Part shown: positions 9,374 through 20,669 of the stretch, piece after piece | Numbering within the stretch: position 1 is the stretch's first letter | Layout: each line of letters begins with the position of its first letter | Origin: Candidatus Omnitrophota bacterium | Lineage (GTDB): Bacteria > Omnitrophota > Gorgyraeia > Gygaellales > Profunditerraquicolaceae | NCBI GenBank assembly: GCA_026416665.1 | Contig: JAOAET010000051.1 | Coordinates: 139,800-203,799 of the forward strand | Reading direction: 5' to 3' | Length of the DNA stretch: 64,000 nt | Made by a program: the position numbers and the translations under genes | Notes under the pieces: generated by a model | The model's input: the letters and a program-made list of their open reading frames with translations, nothing else | The model's database searches: none | Told to the model about the DNA's origin: nothing

Positions 9374-10771
9374 TTAAGCAAGTATAACTTGTTCACGCCA
9401 TGAGGGGATATAAGCGGGCATATTATTTTGAGTAAGGACATCTGCAAGTGCTTTACACTGATCCATTTCTCCATGCACTAGAAATATGTTTTTTAAAGGC
9501 ATACATCTGCCAATTAATTCTACCAATTCCTCTCTATCTGCATGTGCACTAAAGGCATCAACAATGACCACTTCGGCATTAAGCTCATATTCTATTCCAA
9601 AAATCTTTACATAACGCTGGCGCTCAACAATACGGCGACCTAACGTGTCCTGTGCCATAAAACCAACAATAAGGATAGTATTGCGAGAATCCTCTATATT
9701 ATTTTTTAAATGATGCAATATTCTTCCTGATTCACACATCCCTGAACCAGCAATAATAACCATAGGTCGTTTCTCAGTGTTTAATGCCTTTGACTGTTTT
9801 TGGTCACGTATAAAGTGAAGATGTAGAAATTCAAAAGGACTTCTGCCTGCTTCAATGGCCTTTTGTGTTTTAGTATTCATATAGATATGGTGATACTTAA
9901 AAACTTCTGTAATTTCTGTAGCCAGAGGACTATCAACATATATAGGTATAAGTGGAATTTGCTGTTCACGAACAAGTTCACTTAAAAAATACAATACCTC
10001 TTGCGTCCTCTCTAAAGAAAATGCAGGAATAATGATTTTACCTTTTCTTTCAATCGTCCGAATTATTGAATCACGTAATTTATTTTTTGCCTCTTGTATT
10101 GGACTGTGGATTCTTCCGCCATAGGTAGATTCTACAATCAGATAATCTAACCCTGAAGGCATATGCGGGTCATTAAGCATAGGTAGATTTTTTCTACCCA
10201 GGTCTACCGCATAACCAATACGCACCTTATGCTGTGCCTCTTGTATATCTAAAACGACGATTGCTGAACCTAATATATGCCCGGCGTCATAAAGTGTAAG
10301 AAATATATTTTTAGCTACACATATCTGCTGGTTGTAAGAGATAACTTGAAATCTCCTTTTTGCTGCACGCAATGCCTCTTGTCTTGTGTAAAGGGGTTTA
10401 CGTAAGGGAAGTCCCAGACGTCGATTAATCTTGTTGACATATCGAATATCTTCCTCCTGAATCTTGCCAGAGTCTTCAAGCATCAACTTTGTCAGATCAC
10501 GTGTGGCATGTGTACAAAAAATTTTACAGCGTAAACCCTGCTTTACAAGTGAAGGTATATTTCCACAGTGATCAATATGGGCGTGCGAAAGGATTAAGGC
10601 ATCAATTTGGCGAGGGCAGAAGGTAAATTTAGAATTTCTTTCATAAAACTCATCTCTTCTACCTTGGAAAAGACCACAATCAAGTAAAACTTTAGCTGTC
10701 TCTGACTCAACCAGATGCATTGAGCCAGTAACTGTGCGCACACCTCCCAAGAATTGTAGACGTATAGCCAC
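9374..10771 (-). CDS. MBL-fold beta-CASP metallo-hydrolase (YSH1-like RNase)
   Basis: VTGSMH, SHAHIDH, DAGHILGS, ESTYG, FSAHAD, VHGE. Confidence 0.9.
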   Translation of the reverse strand: MAIRLQFLGGVRTVTGSMHLVESETAKVLLDCGLFQGRRDEFYERNSKFTFCPRQIDALILSHAHIDHCGNIPSLVKQGLRCKIFCTHATRDLTKLMLEDSGKIQEEDIRYVNKINRRLGLPLRKPLYTRQEALRAAKRRFQVISYNQQICVAKNIFLTLYDAGHILGSAIVVLDIQEAQHKVRIGYAVDLGRKNLPMLNDPHMPSGLDYLIVESTYGGRIHSPIQEAKNKLRDSIIRTIERKGKIIIPAFSLERTQEVLYFLSELVREQQIPLIPIYVDSPLATEITEVFKYHHIYMNTKTQKAIEAGRSPFEFLHLHFIRDQKQSKALNTEKRPMVIIAGSGMCESGRILHHLKNNIEDSRNTILIVGFMAQDTLGRRIVERQRYVKIFGIEYELNAEVVIVDAFSAHADREELVELIGRCMPLKNIFLVHGEMDQCKALADVLTQNNMPAYIPSWREQVILA

Positions 10772-10785
10772 TCTTAAGACCTCTT

Positions 10786-12351
10786 TTAACTTACAAATAA
10801 ATTACGGGAAGAAAACTTACCGTCACTGGTAAGGTATACCCCTAGACGTTTAAAACCTACATCATCACCAGGGGTAGGTATATGAGTCATATGCACCTGG
10901 CAACCGCGTAACTGTTCCAGCTTCTGCATAGCTAATTCTGCAGTATGATTAGTAGTGGCACTAATAGATAAAGCAATAAGGGTCTCTTCTAAATCAAGAC
11001 TCTCTGAGTCGGTCTTAAGTATCTTCTTTTTTAAAAGAGCTATCTGTTTAATAATATGGGGTGACAGTAATAATATCTCATCTGGTATACCGGCCAAGGC
11101 CTTTACGGCATTAAGAACCAGGCTAGATGCAGCATGAAGAAGAGGAGAATTCTTCCCTGTAATAATCCTACCATCGGCTAACTCTATAGCTGCTCCACAA
11201 TATATACCGTCATGACCTTTTTGTAATACTTCTGCCTCCTGAGCGGCCTGACGTGCAGGTTCTACCACCACTCGATCAGTTACTTTAATAGATAATTCCT
11301 CCATCAATCTGGCTACGCGTTCAACTGTTTCTTTACGCTCAATTCCTAACATATATTCACAATGGTAACGAAAATATCTACGAATAATTTCCTGTTTAGC
11401 TGCTTCTTTAACTACTTCGTCATCTATAATACCAAACCCTGCCCGGTTGACTCCCATATCTGTAGGGGAGCGATAAGTAGGCATATTAGCTGAATCTCCA
11501 CTAATGCGTTGAAGAATACTTCTTAATATGGGGAAACATTCAACATCGCGGTTGTAATTAACTGCAATTTGGTTATACTCTGCTAAGTGAAAAGGGTCAA
11601 CCAGATTAAAATCCTGAATATCAGCAGTGGCTGCCTCATAGGCAACATTTACCGGATGTTTTAGCGGTAGATTCCAAATAGGGAATGTCTCAAACTTAGC
11701 ATAGCCGCAAGGAATTCCCCGTTTATATTCCTGGTAGAGTTGGGATAAACAAATAGCCAATTTCCCACTATTTGGACCAGGGGCTGTAACTACCACAATG
11801 GGTTTAGTAGTAGGAATATACTCATTTTTTCCTAATCCTTGTTCACTTACTACTGAATCCACATCCGTGGGATAGCCTTCAATAGGATAATGTAAAAATA
11901 CCTTAATTCCTCTTCGCTCAAGTTTCTGTTTAAAAATAATAGCTGCCTGCTGATTATTGAATCTGGTAATTACTACTCCACAAATATCAAGCCCCCAATT
12001 ACGTAAATCATCAATAAGTTTAAAAGTAGCAGCATCGTAAGTAATACCAAAATCTCCTCTTACCCTGCCCCTCTCAATGTCACCAGCATATATACCCAAG
12101 ATAATATCTACTTTATCTCTTAAACCTTGTAATAACCTTATTTTTACGTTTGGATCATAACCAGGTAAAACTCTTGCCGCATGATAGTCATAACAAAGTT
12201 TGCCACCAAATTCAAGATATAATTTATTACTGCAGGCATTAACCCGCTGAAGAATAGCGTCAGATTGTTCTTTTAGGTATCTCTCGTTATCAAAACCAAT
12301 TTTTGCACGCTGCATACCTACGATCCTTATATTCTGCAACCTTTTAAGCAA
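10786..12351 (-). CDS. DUF1846 family protein
   Basis: KIGFDNE.YL, LYLEFGGKL, APGP.SGK, KFETFPIWNLPLKHPVN, NYNRD, SPTDMGVN. Confidence 0.85.
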   Translation of the reverse strand: MLKRLQNIRIVGMQRAKIGFDNERYLKEQSDAILQRVNACSNKLYLEFGGKLCYDYHAARVLPGYDPNVKIRLLQGLRDKVDIILGIYAGDIERGRVRGDFGITYDAATFKLIDDLRNWGLDICGVVITRFNNQQAAIIFKQKLERRGIKVFLHYPIEGYPTDVDSVVSEQGLGKNEYIPTTKPIVVVTAPGPNSGKLAICLSQLYQEYKRGIPCGYAKFETFPIWNLPLKHPVNVAYEAATADIQDFNLVDPFHLAEYNQIAVNYNRDVECFPILRSILQRISGDSANMPTYRSPTDMGVNRAGFGIIDDEVVKEAAKQEIIRRYFRYHCEYMLGIERKETVERVARLMEELSIKVTDRVVVEPARQAAQEAEVLQKGHDGIYCGAAIELADGRIITGKNSPLLHAASSLVLNAVKALAGIPDEILLLSPHIIKQIALLKKKILKTDSESLDLEETLIALSISATTNHTAELAMQKLEQLRGCQVHMTHIPTPGDDVGFKRLGVYLTSDGKFSSRNLFVS

Positions 12352-12664
12352 TTAGTTCAAATGCTTCTTTGACGGACATTCCCTCTTTGATACCTAATGC
12401 CTTTGCTTTAGAATTAGCCTTTGTAATATTGCGCCCAACAAAACGTTCAAGGTTACCAATAGGATTTTCTGGAGAACTTTCTACTAAAGCTGCTGCCTGC
12501 CCAAAGGCTTCAAGAGCAGTTAAATCAAATACACCACAGGCAAGAAAACCCTTTGACCCACAAGCTAATAAAATACTGAATCCCTGCCACTTTAAATGTA
12601 TTCCTTCAATAAAGCCATTTTTTGTATAGAATATTTTATTGGTAACTTCCATATAGCAGTTCAC
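12344..12664 (-). CDS. YunC/DUF1805-like protein
   Basis: KGFLACG.FD and A.ALGIKEGM...EA patterns. Confidence 0.6.
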   Translation of the reverse strand: MNCYMEVTNKIFYTKNGFIEGIHLKWQGFSILLACGSKGFLACGVFDLTALEAFGQAAALVESSPENPIGNLERFVGRNITKANSKAKALGIKEGMSVKEAFELIA

Positions 12665-12714
12665 TGTGGCTTTCTACCTGACATTTTAATAAATGATCTG
12701 TTATATTTTGAGTT

Positions 12715-13140
12715 TTAGCACGCTTTCTCGGCCTTATTAACAAGCCTACTTCGTATTTCTTCGGGCACCTTCGTTGTTTTAAAATTACTTAAAGTCACAG
12801 TTGCCCAAATAACTTCTGCATCTACTAAAAGTGTATTATCCCTGTAAATATCCTGAATAAAATGAATAGAAGAATTACCGATTTTTTTTACCTTAACATA
12901 AACTCTGACTATATCTGCATAGTATGCAGGCCTGCGATAATTAATCTGTAAATGAACTACTACAAAACCAATATCTTTCTTTAGCCACTCAGCAGTATCT
13001 ATTCCATAAGCTCTACAGAACTCTGTTCGTGCTTCTTCTAACATTAAAAGATAGTTGGCATAATAAACAACACCTCCTGCATCAGTATTATGGTAATAGA
13101 TTTTTTTTGTAATAAAGAAGGGTTCTGTTAATACTGACAT
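12715..13140 (-). CDS. YbgC/FadM family acyl-CoA thioesterase
   Basis: YY.NTDAGGVVYYANYL..EEARTE hot-dog fold motif. Confidence 0.85.
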   Translation of the reverse strand: MSVLTEPFFITKKIYYHNTDAGGVVYYANYLLMLEEARTEFCRAYGIDTAEWLKKDIGFVVVHLQINYRRPAYYADIVRVYVKVKKIGNSSIHFIQDIYRDNTLLVDAEVIWATVTLSNFKTTKVPEEIRSRLVNKAEKAC

Positions 13141-13145
13141 TATTT

Positions 13146-14510
13146 CTACAGATATTTCGCAGGATTAGTAGTGTAGGATAAAATACTTTCGCGACTAACC
13201 AGTCCTTTGGTATAAAGCTCTTCTAGTGACTGCTCCATTGTATGCATTCCGAGACGAGAACCTGTCTCAATAACACCCTTTATCTCTTCAGTCTTTCCTT
13301 TGCGAATCATATTTGCCACAGCAGGAGTCACAATTAGCACCTCTGTTGCAACAATTCTACCTTGTTTATCCGCCCTTGGCAGAAGTACTTGACAAACAAC
13401 GCCACGTAATGTCTCAGCAAGCTGCATCCGAATCTGCTGTTGTTGGTTAGCAGGAAAGGCATCCACAATACGGTTAATACTAGAGACTGCATCCATGGTA
13501 TGTAGTGTCGTTAAAACCAAATGCCCAGTTTCAGCAGCAGAGAGAGCTACAGAGATAGAATTAAGGTCACGAATCTCACCAATGAATAATACATCTATAT
13601 CTTGACGCACAATATACTTTAGGGCACTTTGAAAAGAATGTGCGTCAATACCAATTTCGCGTTGCTCAATAATACTTTTCTTTGGACGGAAAAGATACTC
13701 TATTGGTTCCTCAAGACTCATCACCACACATTTTCGAGTATTGTTAATTATTTCAATCATTGCCGCTAAAGTTGTGCTTTTCCCTGAACCATTTGGACCA
13801 GTAACAAGCACCAAACCTGTAGGTTTTTTAGCTAATTCTTCTAATATAGACGGCAGATGTAACTGTTCTAAAGTAGGAATATCAGTAGGAATATACCGCA
13901 TAGAGGCACCGATTTGTCCTTTTTCCTGATGGACATTAAGACGAAATCTTCCTACGTCATTGCAGTAAGACACATCCAACTCCAAATCCCGTTCAAACCG
14001 TTCGCGTTGTTCACTGGATAACATACCATAGACCATAGAACGCACATCCTCTGCAGTTAATTCTTGGGGAGTAATTGGGCGAAGATCTCCAAATACACGC
14101 ATAGTAGGAGGCCTGCCCACCACTAAATGCACATCTGATGCCTGGTTGCGAACCGCTATACTTAATAAGCGGTCAATATCCACTGCTTGTAACCACTGAC
14201 GTATCAGAGAAAGGTCTTTTTCCCGTATCTCGGTAAAAGTCACTCCTGCTTCATAGGTTTTATTTGCCTTTAACTCTTTTACCCAAACTATCCGTGCTTT
14301 AGCATTTATAGGATTAGGTTGACGAAAGGTGATAAATTCTAATTCTAATACATTGCCGATAGCTACAGGTTCTTCTACAAACATCAAAAGCATTCCTCCT
14401 TCTCCCATATTCTCTGCAAACGCTTCGCTGATTTTTTTATCAAAAACTCCTTCTCTCCGATAACGAACCTTGATACTGACGGGTATCCGACGTGATTTTC
14501 TTTTCTCCAT
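13146..14510 (-). CDS. pilT: PilZ domain-PilT/PilU type IV pilus ATPase fusion
   Basis: N-terminal RKSRR and NMGEGG PilZ motifs, then ASDVHL, GPNGSGKST, EEPIE, GEIRD, AAETGHLV..TLHT. Confidence 0.85.
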   Translation of the reverse strand: MEKRKSRRIPVSIKVRYRREGVFDKKISEAFAENMGEGGMLLMFVEEPVAIGNVLELEFITFRQPNPINAKARIVWVKELKANKTYEAGVTFTEIREKDLSLIRQWLQAVDIDRLLSIAVRNQASDVHLVVGRPPTMRVFGDLRPITPQELTAEDVRSMVYGMLSSEQRERFERDLELDVSYCNDVGRFRLNVHQEKGQIGASMRYIPTDIPTLEQLHLPSILEELAKKPTGLVLVTGPNGSGKSTTLAAMIEIINNTRKCVVMSLEEPIEYLFRPKKSIIEQREIGIDAHSFQSALKYIVRQDIDVLFIGEIRDLNSISVALSAAETGHLVLTTLHTMDAVSSINRIVDAFPANQQQQIRMQLAETLRGVVCQVLLPRADKQGRIVATEVLIVTPAVANMIRKGKTEEIKGVIETGSRLGMHTMEQSLEELYTKGLVSRESILSYTTNPAKYL

Positions 14511-14617
14511 TGTCTACCCCTTTTTAAAAGATTTTTTTATATAGATATTTAAAGATTTTTAGTCATTTTTGTCTAGTCATAAATATATTCTTATAAAGGT
14601 AGTTCCCAACCTACTTG

Positions 14618-14917
14618 CTAATCAATCTCAAGAATAAATCCCTCTATAGCATCGCGGAATTCCTGCCATTCTGCACGACAGCGAAAAGCAATTTTTTTAT
14701 TACGTTTCCATTCTCCTTTTATTTTGCGCCAGCGATAAAAACAGACTTGTTTTTTCCCGTGATCTTCTACTAGTGCCACAACTGACCACCAACCCAATGC
14801 CATATTCTTTTTGATAGTTCTATACCGAATAAGACGAATAGGGGCATGAATAGGTGGCTTCTCCTCTTCTTTTGTCTTTTGGGATTCATCAAAAGGGGGC
14901 AAAGTTTCTTCTTTCAT
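14618..14917 (-). CDS. Hypothetical Trp-rich basic protein (possible PC4-like fold)
   Basis: 99 aa ORF with AAGGAG RBS, directly downstream of PTS IIA. Confidence 0.6.
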   Translation of the reverse strand: MKEETLPPFDESQKTKEEEKPPIHAPIRLIRYRTIKKNMALGWWSVVALVEDHGKKQVCFYRWRKIKGEWKRNKKIAFRCRAEWQEFRDAIEGFILEID

Positions 14918-14933
14918 CGTGTCTCCTTTCGGA

Positions 14934-15404
14934 CTATTTCTTGTGTCCTAATTCAAATTTTTTTAACACACTAATAAGCTCTTGAACAGTTGAGGCATGT
15001 AAAAATTCTTCTAAAAATTGCCGCTGGTTTACCAATTGTGCTAAAGAAGCTAATATTTTAAGGTAAGTAGAGATATCAGAAGGGCAAGTGCCAATCAAAA
15101 ATATGGCATTTACCTCCTGCCCGTCTAAAGATTGAAAATCAATTCCCTCAAGAGAACGACCAAAACAAAGTGCAATCCCATCTACCGAATGAGTTGGGGC
15201 GTGGGGTATAGCTACACGATTGCCAATACCTGTGGACCCTAACTGCTCACGTTCTAAGACATGTTTTATAAAATCTGCTTTATCTTTAATCTTTCCGTTT
15301 TTCTCTAGAACATCAGCCAACTCTCGGATTGCTTGTTCTTTATTTTTGGCTTTTAAATCCATAACGCACAATTCAGGACGCAGGAAATCTACTAATCTAG
15401 CCAT
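14934..15404 (-). CDS. PTS EIIA (Ntr/Fru type) stand-alone protein
   Basis: REQLGSTGIG..VAIPHA with the phosphorylatable His; FQSLDG. Confidence 0.9.
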   Translation of the reverse strand: MARLVDFLRPELCVMDLKAKNKEQAIRELADVLEKNGKIKDKADFIKHVLEREQLGSTGIGNRVAIPHAPTHSVDGIALCFGRSLEGIDFQSLDGQEVNAIFLIGTCPSDISTYLKILASLAQLVNQRQFLEEFLHASTVQELISVLKKFELGHKK

Positions 15405-15889
15405 TAAATAATCTCCTTATACAACTGTTCTACCATCGCAGGGTTTTTTACAATGAGCACCGGACAAGGAGCGGTACGGAATATTCGTTCGCCTTCATCA
15501 TAGAAAGTCTCGGTTCGTGAAATGATATCTTTAAGCTCTCCTAACACCAGAATATCTGCTGGTAAATCCTCAACTTTCTTAATTACCTCTTCGTGTATTG
15601 CACCGCGTAATAAATAAACTTCTGTGTTCACTGACTTTGCTTCTGCCATCTTCTTAATGCGTTCCAACATAATAGTTCCCTGCTGCTGTAGCTCCTCTTC
15701 ATAAGAACGCGCCTCCACCTCTACAAAAATACGACTTCTTAACAATTCTGCTAGGGCTTTAGTATCAATAACATAAACAACACTTAGCTTTGCCTGTAAA
15801 AGCCGTGCTAGGACAATTGCATATTTTGCGGCAACTAATGCCTGAGTAGAGCCTGAAACAGAAACAAGGATATTTTTTATCACCAGCAC
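15404..15889 (-). CDS. Universal stress protein
   Basis: KNILVSVSGS...ADILVLG...APCPVLIVK. Confidence 0.85.
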   Translation of the reverse strand: MLVIKNILVSVSGSTQALVAAKYAIVLARLLQAKLSVVYVIDTKALAELLRSRIFVEVEARSYEEELQQQGTIMLERIKKMAEAKSVNTEVYLLRGAIHEEVIKKVEDLPADILVLGELKDIISRTETFYDEGERIFRTAPCPVLIVKNPAMVEQLYKEII

Positions 15890-15897
15890 TCCTTAGA

Positions 15898-16515
15898 TTA
15901 GAACTTATACTGTTTGATAAGTTTTAATAATGCAAAACTATCACGCGCCTCTTCTTCTAGACGTTCACTAATATACTTGGTTGCTTGCTTGTAATAAGGA
16001 ATATAGATTTTCTCTAATGCCTTTACCTTACGTATAGTGCGGCGTGTCTCTTCAGCAAGGCGCAGTAGAGCAATTTTTTTTTCGGCCAAAGCCACAATTG
16101 CTTTCAAGACTTCTTTAAAACTCATAATTGCTTCATCTACTGTTAGAGGTACCTGAGTCATACTGCAATAAGGTATTTTTTCCTTAATTTGAAGAGAGAT
16201 TACTGGCACAGTTACCCCCATAATGCGACGTTGCGATATTGCAAGTTGAGTATCTATATCCACAGCCATACTCAATATCTCAAGACGAGTTCTACCTATT
16301 TGAGCAATTGCTCTATCCAATATCCTATAAGCAGTCTGCATTATCTCATTTAACTTACTTTGGCTATGGTCTACACTGTCAATTAAAGCAGTCAACTCTT
16401 GTAAAAGAATTTTTCGTTTTTCATCAAGCAGGTCATAACCTTGTTGCGTAAGTTCTAAATTTTGTTTTATTTTAAGTAAATTAGTTTTTGTGGCAGCAAT
16501 GTTTACGTTACCCAT
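15898..16515 (-). CDS. atpD: V/A-type ATPase subunit D
   Basis: TK.NL...GYDLLDEKR, TRRTIRKVKALE..IP; operon position. Confidence 0.9.
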   Translation of the reverse strand: MGNVNIAATKTNLLKIKQNLELTQQGYDLLDEKRKILLQELTALIDSVDHSQSKLNEIMQTAYRILDRAIAQIGRTRLEILSMAVDIDTQLAISQRRIMGVTVPVISLQIKEKIPYCSMTQVPLTVDEAIMSFKEVLKAIVALAEKKIALLRLAEETRRTIRKVKALEKIYIPYYKQATKYISERLEEEARDSFALLKLIKQYKF

Positions 16516-16550
16516 AGATTTTAATTAGATAAAAAGAAAAAAATCTTACT

Positions 16551-17936
16551 CTATTTATTACTAGGTTTATAATAAATCTCAAGAAATTCCTCTTTTATTC
16601 GTGCAAGCTCTTCCTTAGGTAAAATAGAGATAATCTCCCAACCCAAGTCAAGCCCTTGTTCAATACTACGCCGTTCAAAATAACCTTGGCTTAAGAAACG
16701 CCTTTCAAACTCTTCACCAAATTTTAAATACAAGGCGTCTAAAGGAGAAAGCTCTTCTTCTCCGATAATAGAAGCCAATGCCCGAACATCCTTAACATGG
16801 GCGTAACAAGAAAATAATTGTGAGGTCAACGCAGGGTGATCTTCACGGGTCATACCCTTACCAATATTATCCTTCATTAAGCGCGATAAAGAAGGCAGAC
16901 CTGCTACTGGTGGATAGATACCGCGAGCATACAATTCTCTTTCCAAAACTATCTGGCCTTCAGTAATGTAACCTGTAAGATCGGGTATAGGATGGGTAAT
17001 ATCGTCATTAGGCATAGTAAGAATGGGTAATTGCGTAATAGATCCTTTAGCGTCTTTAATCATACCTGCCCGTTCATAAAGGCTGGCTAGGTCGCTATAA
17101 AGGTATCCTGGATATCCTTTACGTGCAGGAATCTCTCCACGGACCGTAGAAAGCTCCCTTAGCGCCTCACAATAATTAGACATATCGGTCATAATTACTA
17201 ATACATGCATATCCTTCTTAAATGCCAAAAACTCTGCACAACTTAATGCAAAACGTGGAGTCATCAAACGAGCAATAGAGGGTGCATCTGCTAAACTCAA
17301 AAATACTGCTACACGGTCAAGAACACCTGATTCCTCAAAACTCTTTATAAAAAATTGAGCAGTATCGTACTTAACCCCCATTGCTGCAAACACTACACAG
17401 AAATTCTCTTCTTTTACTCGTGCTTGACGTGCAATTTGAGTAGCAATCAAATCATGGGGAAGTCCACTTCCAGAGAATATAGGTAGTTTTTGCCCGCGTA
17501 CAAGAGTATTCATTACATCTATAGAAGAAATCCCTGTTTCAATAATGTTGCACGGATATTGTCTGCTAGTAGGATTAATTGCCAGACCATTTACGTCAAT
17601 AAATTCCTCATAGACAGGTTGTGGCAAGCCATCTAAAGGATTTCCTAATCCGTCAAATATTCGTCCCAACATATCAGTAGAAACACCTACTTTAAGAGGT
17701 TCTTCTGTAAATCTTACCCGACAATTGGACAGCGAAAGCCCACTTGTTCCTCCTAATACCTGCACTACCGCAAAGCCCTTTCCTACTTCTAAAGTTATTC
17801 CTAGTCTGTTTTTGTTCTCTTGATCAGTAATCTCAACGACCTCGTTGTACCCTACATTATGTATATTGCGAATAATAAAAATTGGTCCCACTACTTCTTC
17901 TAGTCCCACATATTCACGAAAAGTATACCTATTCAT
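16551..17936 (-). CDS. atpB: V/A-type ATPase subunit B
   Basis: [41 protein letters not shown]. Confidence 0.95.
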   Translation of the reverse strand: MNRYTFREYVGLEEVVGPIFIIRNIHNVGYNEVVEITDQENKNRLGITLEVGKGFAVVQVLGGTSGLSLSNCRVRFTEEPLKVGVSTDMLGRIFDGLGNPLDGLPQPVYEEFIDVNGLAINPTSRQYPCNIIETGISSIDVMNTLVRGQKLPIFSGSGLPHDLIATQIARQARVKEENFCVVFAAMGVKYDTAQFFIKSFEESGVLDRVAVFLSLADAPSIARLMTPRFALSCAEFLAFKKDMHVLVIMTDMSNYCEALRELSTVRGEIPARKGYPGYLYSDLASLYERAGMIKDAKGSITQLPILTMPNDDITHPIPDLTGYITEGQIVLERELYARGIYPPVAGLPSLSRLMKDNIGKGMTREDHPALTSQLFSCYAHVKDVRALASIIGEEELSPLDALYLKFGEEFERRFLSQGYFERRSIEQGLDLGWEIISILPKEELARIKEEFLEIYYKPSNK

Positions 17937-17953
17937 CTTTATCCTTTGCTTGA

Positions 17954-19714
17954 TTATAAATCTAACTCTCTTAATGTCTCTTCAACTTTCCTAGGAAAAT
18001 TATTTAATTCCTCTAGCATATCTTCAGAGAACTTCTGGCGCATACGCATTATCTCATTGAAGATCGGCTGTTCTCTAAGCTCTTCTATGCTGATTCCCTT
18101 TTTAATTAATCCGTCTGCCTGCTGATAAAAAGTAATGATAGATTTAAGCATCAGAAACTGTTTACGCGCAGAAGAGTAAGTATCTATTTGATCAAAGGCA
18201 ACCTGTTGTAAGAAACCATTCTTAAAAAGGCTACAGACTTCTAGAACTAATCTCTGTGACGGAGGAAGCACATCTGTCCCTACCAACTTCACTACTTGTA
18301 AAAGACGTTGTTCCTTTTGTAACAACTCCATTATATTCTGACGTAATTTCTCCCATTCTGGACTAATTTGTCTATGCCACCAGTTTTTTACATCTTCTAG
18401 GTATTCAGAGTAACTATCTATCCAGCTGATGGCAGGATAATGCCGACTATTAGCTAGTTCCCTATCTAATGCCCAAAAACAACGGATAAAACGCTTGGTA
18501 TGTGAAGTCACTGGCTCTGAGAAATCTCCACCCTGTGGTGAAACAGCAGCAATAATAGTTATACTGCCATAATCGTTGGAGAGGGTTTTGACTTTCCCTG
18601 CTCGTTCATAAAATTCAGCAAGTCTTGAAGGTAGATACGCAGGAAACCCTTCTTCAAGAGGCATCTCTTCTAAACGTCCAGACAATTCCCTTAAAGCCTC
18701 TGCCCAACGTGAGGTAGAATCAGCCATCAAAGCTACATGATAACCCATATCACGATAATACTCAGCAAGAGTAATTCCGGTGTAAATACTTGCCTCACGC
18801 GCCGCAACAGGCATGTTAGAAGTATTGGCAATGAAAATTGTCCTTTCTGAGAGTGGCCGTTGGGTGCGTGGGTCAATAAGATTTGGGAAATTAAGTAGTA
18901 CATCTGTCATTTCATTACCACGTTCACCACAACCAACATAGATAACAATATCTGCATCTGACCATTTTGCTACCTGATGTTGAATCACAGTTTTACCTGT
19001 GCCGAATCCTCCAGGAACTGCCACACAACCGCCCTTAGCTACAGGAAAAAGGGTGTCAATCACCCGTTGACCAGTTAACAAGGGTTCCTCTAAACTTAGT
19101 CGTTTTAGGTAAGGCCGTGGTCTACGTACTGGCCAAAGTTGCACCATAGGAATTTTGTATTCTTTTCCTTTTTCATCCACTATTACGGCGATTTCTTCAT
19201 CTATTACATAATCTCCCTCAGGTTTAATAGCAATAATTTTTCCTTTAATATTTACCGGAACCATTATCTTATGTAAAATCCTTGCCGTCTCCTGAACCTG
19301 ACCAATCACTTCCCCACCAGAAACTTCTTTTCCAGTTTGCACTAATGGCACAAAATGCCATTTCTTTTCAGTATCAAGCGAGCGATTATGCATGCCTCGT
19401 TGAATAAAAACACCTTGTTTTTTTCGCATAACCTCAAGAGGTCGCTGAATTCCATCATAAATATTACCGAGTAGACCCGGACCAAGTTCAACAAAAAGAG
19501 GAAATCCTTCACTATAAACTTCATCACCAGCTCTTAAGGAAGTGGTATCTTCATAAACCTGTACAAAACCATGGTCACCTTTTAAACGAACCACCTCACC
19601 TATAAGACGTTGTGGCCCTACCTGAACCATATCCAGCATCTTTAAATTAGTAACTCCCTCTAACTCTACTACAGGGCCATTTACTCGATAAACTCTTCCT
19701 ACTAAATTAGCCAT
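17954..19714 (-). CDS. atpA: V/A-type ATPase subunit A
   Basis: [43 protein letters not shown]. Confidence 0.95.
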   Translation of the reverse strand: MANLVGRVYRVNGPVVELEGVTNLKMLDMVQVGPQRLIGEVVRLKGDHGFVQVYEDTTSLRAGDEVYSEGFPLFVELGPGLLGNIYDGIQRPLEVMRKKQGVFIQRGMHNRSLDTEKKWHFVPLVQTGKEVSGGEVIGQVQETARILHKIMVPVNIKGKIIAIKPEGDYVIDEEIAVIVDEKGKEYKIPMVQLWPVRRPRPYLKRLSLEEPLLTGQRVIDTLFPVAKGGCVAVPGGFGTGKTVIQHQVAKWSDADIVIYVGCGERGNEMTDVLLNFPNLIDPRTQRPLSERTIFIANTSNMPVAAREASIYTGITLAEYYRDMGYHVALMADSTSRWAEALRELSGRLEEMPLEEGFPAYLPSRLAEFYERAGKVKTLSNDYGSITIIAAVSPQGGDFSEPVTSHTKRFIRCFWALDRELANSRHYPAISWIDSYSEYLEDVKNWWHRQISPEWEKLRQNIMELLQKEQRLLQVVKLVGTDVLPPSQRLVLEVCSLFKNGFLQQVAFDQIDTYSSARKQFLMLKSIITFYQQADGLIKKGISIEELREQPIFNEIMRMRQKFSEDMLEELNNFPRKVEETLRELDL

Positions 19715-19721
19715 ATAAGTC

Positions 19722-20369
19722 TCAACTTGTGGTATAACGTAACAATTCTTGTTCTATATTCTGTCTCTGCCTTTCTAAACGGCTAGAAAACCTGTTGTCA
19801 AACATCAAACGCCCATCTGCAGAATAAACAATTACCCCAATATCTTGAAAATCTGATTCCTTCCAGTGAAAAACTAAAGATTTTTTTGCCGTAGAGCAAC
19901 AGCTGGCTTCTATTTTCTTTCTAAAATTCTCATTGAAGATATTTCTGTCATATTTAGAATAAATCACTACCAGCTCGTTACTGCCAACTACCATCACAGC
20001 TTCAATAATGGCTTTTTCTAGGAAATAAGGATATTTACTATCCAAGCGAAAATCTTCTGCTTGTTTTTGTATTTGGGCAAAAACCTCTTTAATCAGGCGG
20101 TCTTTGTTCTGAAGAATAAGCCTTTTTTTCTCTAAGACCAAAGAAGATAAAATCTTCTCTTTTATCTTTTCTGTCTGCTTTTGACTGTCATCTAAAAGTT
20201 GCTGTTTTCTCTTCTGAGCTTCTTGCTGTGCCTGTTGAAGTATTTTTTCTTTTTGTCTAAGGGCAGCCTCTTTTATCTTAACGACCTCTTCTTCTGCCTG
20301 TTTAAGAATACGTTCACAAATAACCTCGGCATTCTCAACATTTGTCTGCTTCATTAATTGCTCACTCAT
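19722..20369 (-). CDS. atpE: V/A-type ATPase subunit E
   Basis: Coiled-coil N-terminus, DG...DNRF..RL C-terminus; operon position. Confidence 0.8.
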   Translation of the reverse strand: MSEQLMKQTNVENAEVICERILKQAEEEVVKIKEAALRQKEKILQQAQQEAQKRKQQLLDDSQKQTEKIKEKILSSLVLEKKRLILQNKDRLIKEVFAQIQKQAEDFRLDSKYPYFLEKAIIEAVMVVGSNELVVIYSKYDRNIFNENFRKKIEASCCSTAKKSLVFHWKESDFQDIGVIVYSADGRLMFDNRFSSRLERQRQNIEQELLRYTTS

Positions 20370-20668
20370 AAGTTTGCTCCTGCAAGCTCTTTCAACAAAA
20401 CAGCAACACTAGGCTGTTTTTTGATTTGCCCGCGAGAAGGTATCTCCAAGACAAGTGGCATAGGCTCATCTTTGATACGTATCTTAAGTAAGTCCGGTAT
20501 CATCTCAGCGACTTTTGAAGTAATTAAAATTATTCCTACACCTGGGGTTATTTTAGCTAAACGTAAAGCCTCTTGCGCTTCTTCTTTGTTCTGAACAATT
20601 CTAGTTTCTACTCCTACTAACTTAAATCCTAAAGCAGAATCAATATCTGCAATACAGAAAAATTTCAT
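20366..20668 (-). CDS. atpF: V/A-type ATPase subunit F
   Basis: IAD.D..LGFKLVGV, PLVLEIP. Confidence 0.9.
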   Translation of the reverse strand: MKFFCIADIDSALGFKLVGVETRIVQNKEEAQEALRLAKITPGVGIILITSKVAEMIPDLLKIRIKDEPMPLVLEIPSRGQIKKQPSVAVLLKELAGANL

Positions 20669-20669
20669 T

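Noticed and set aside
14560-14617. TAGTCAT direct repeat and weak hairpin upstream of pilT
   Set aside because: Short, AT-rich, single occurrence; compatible with chance
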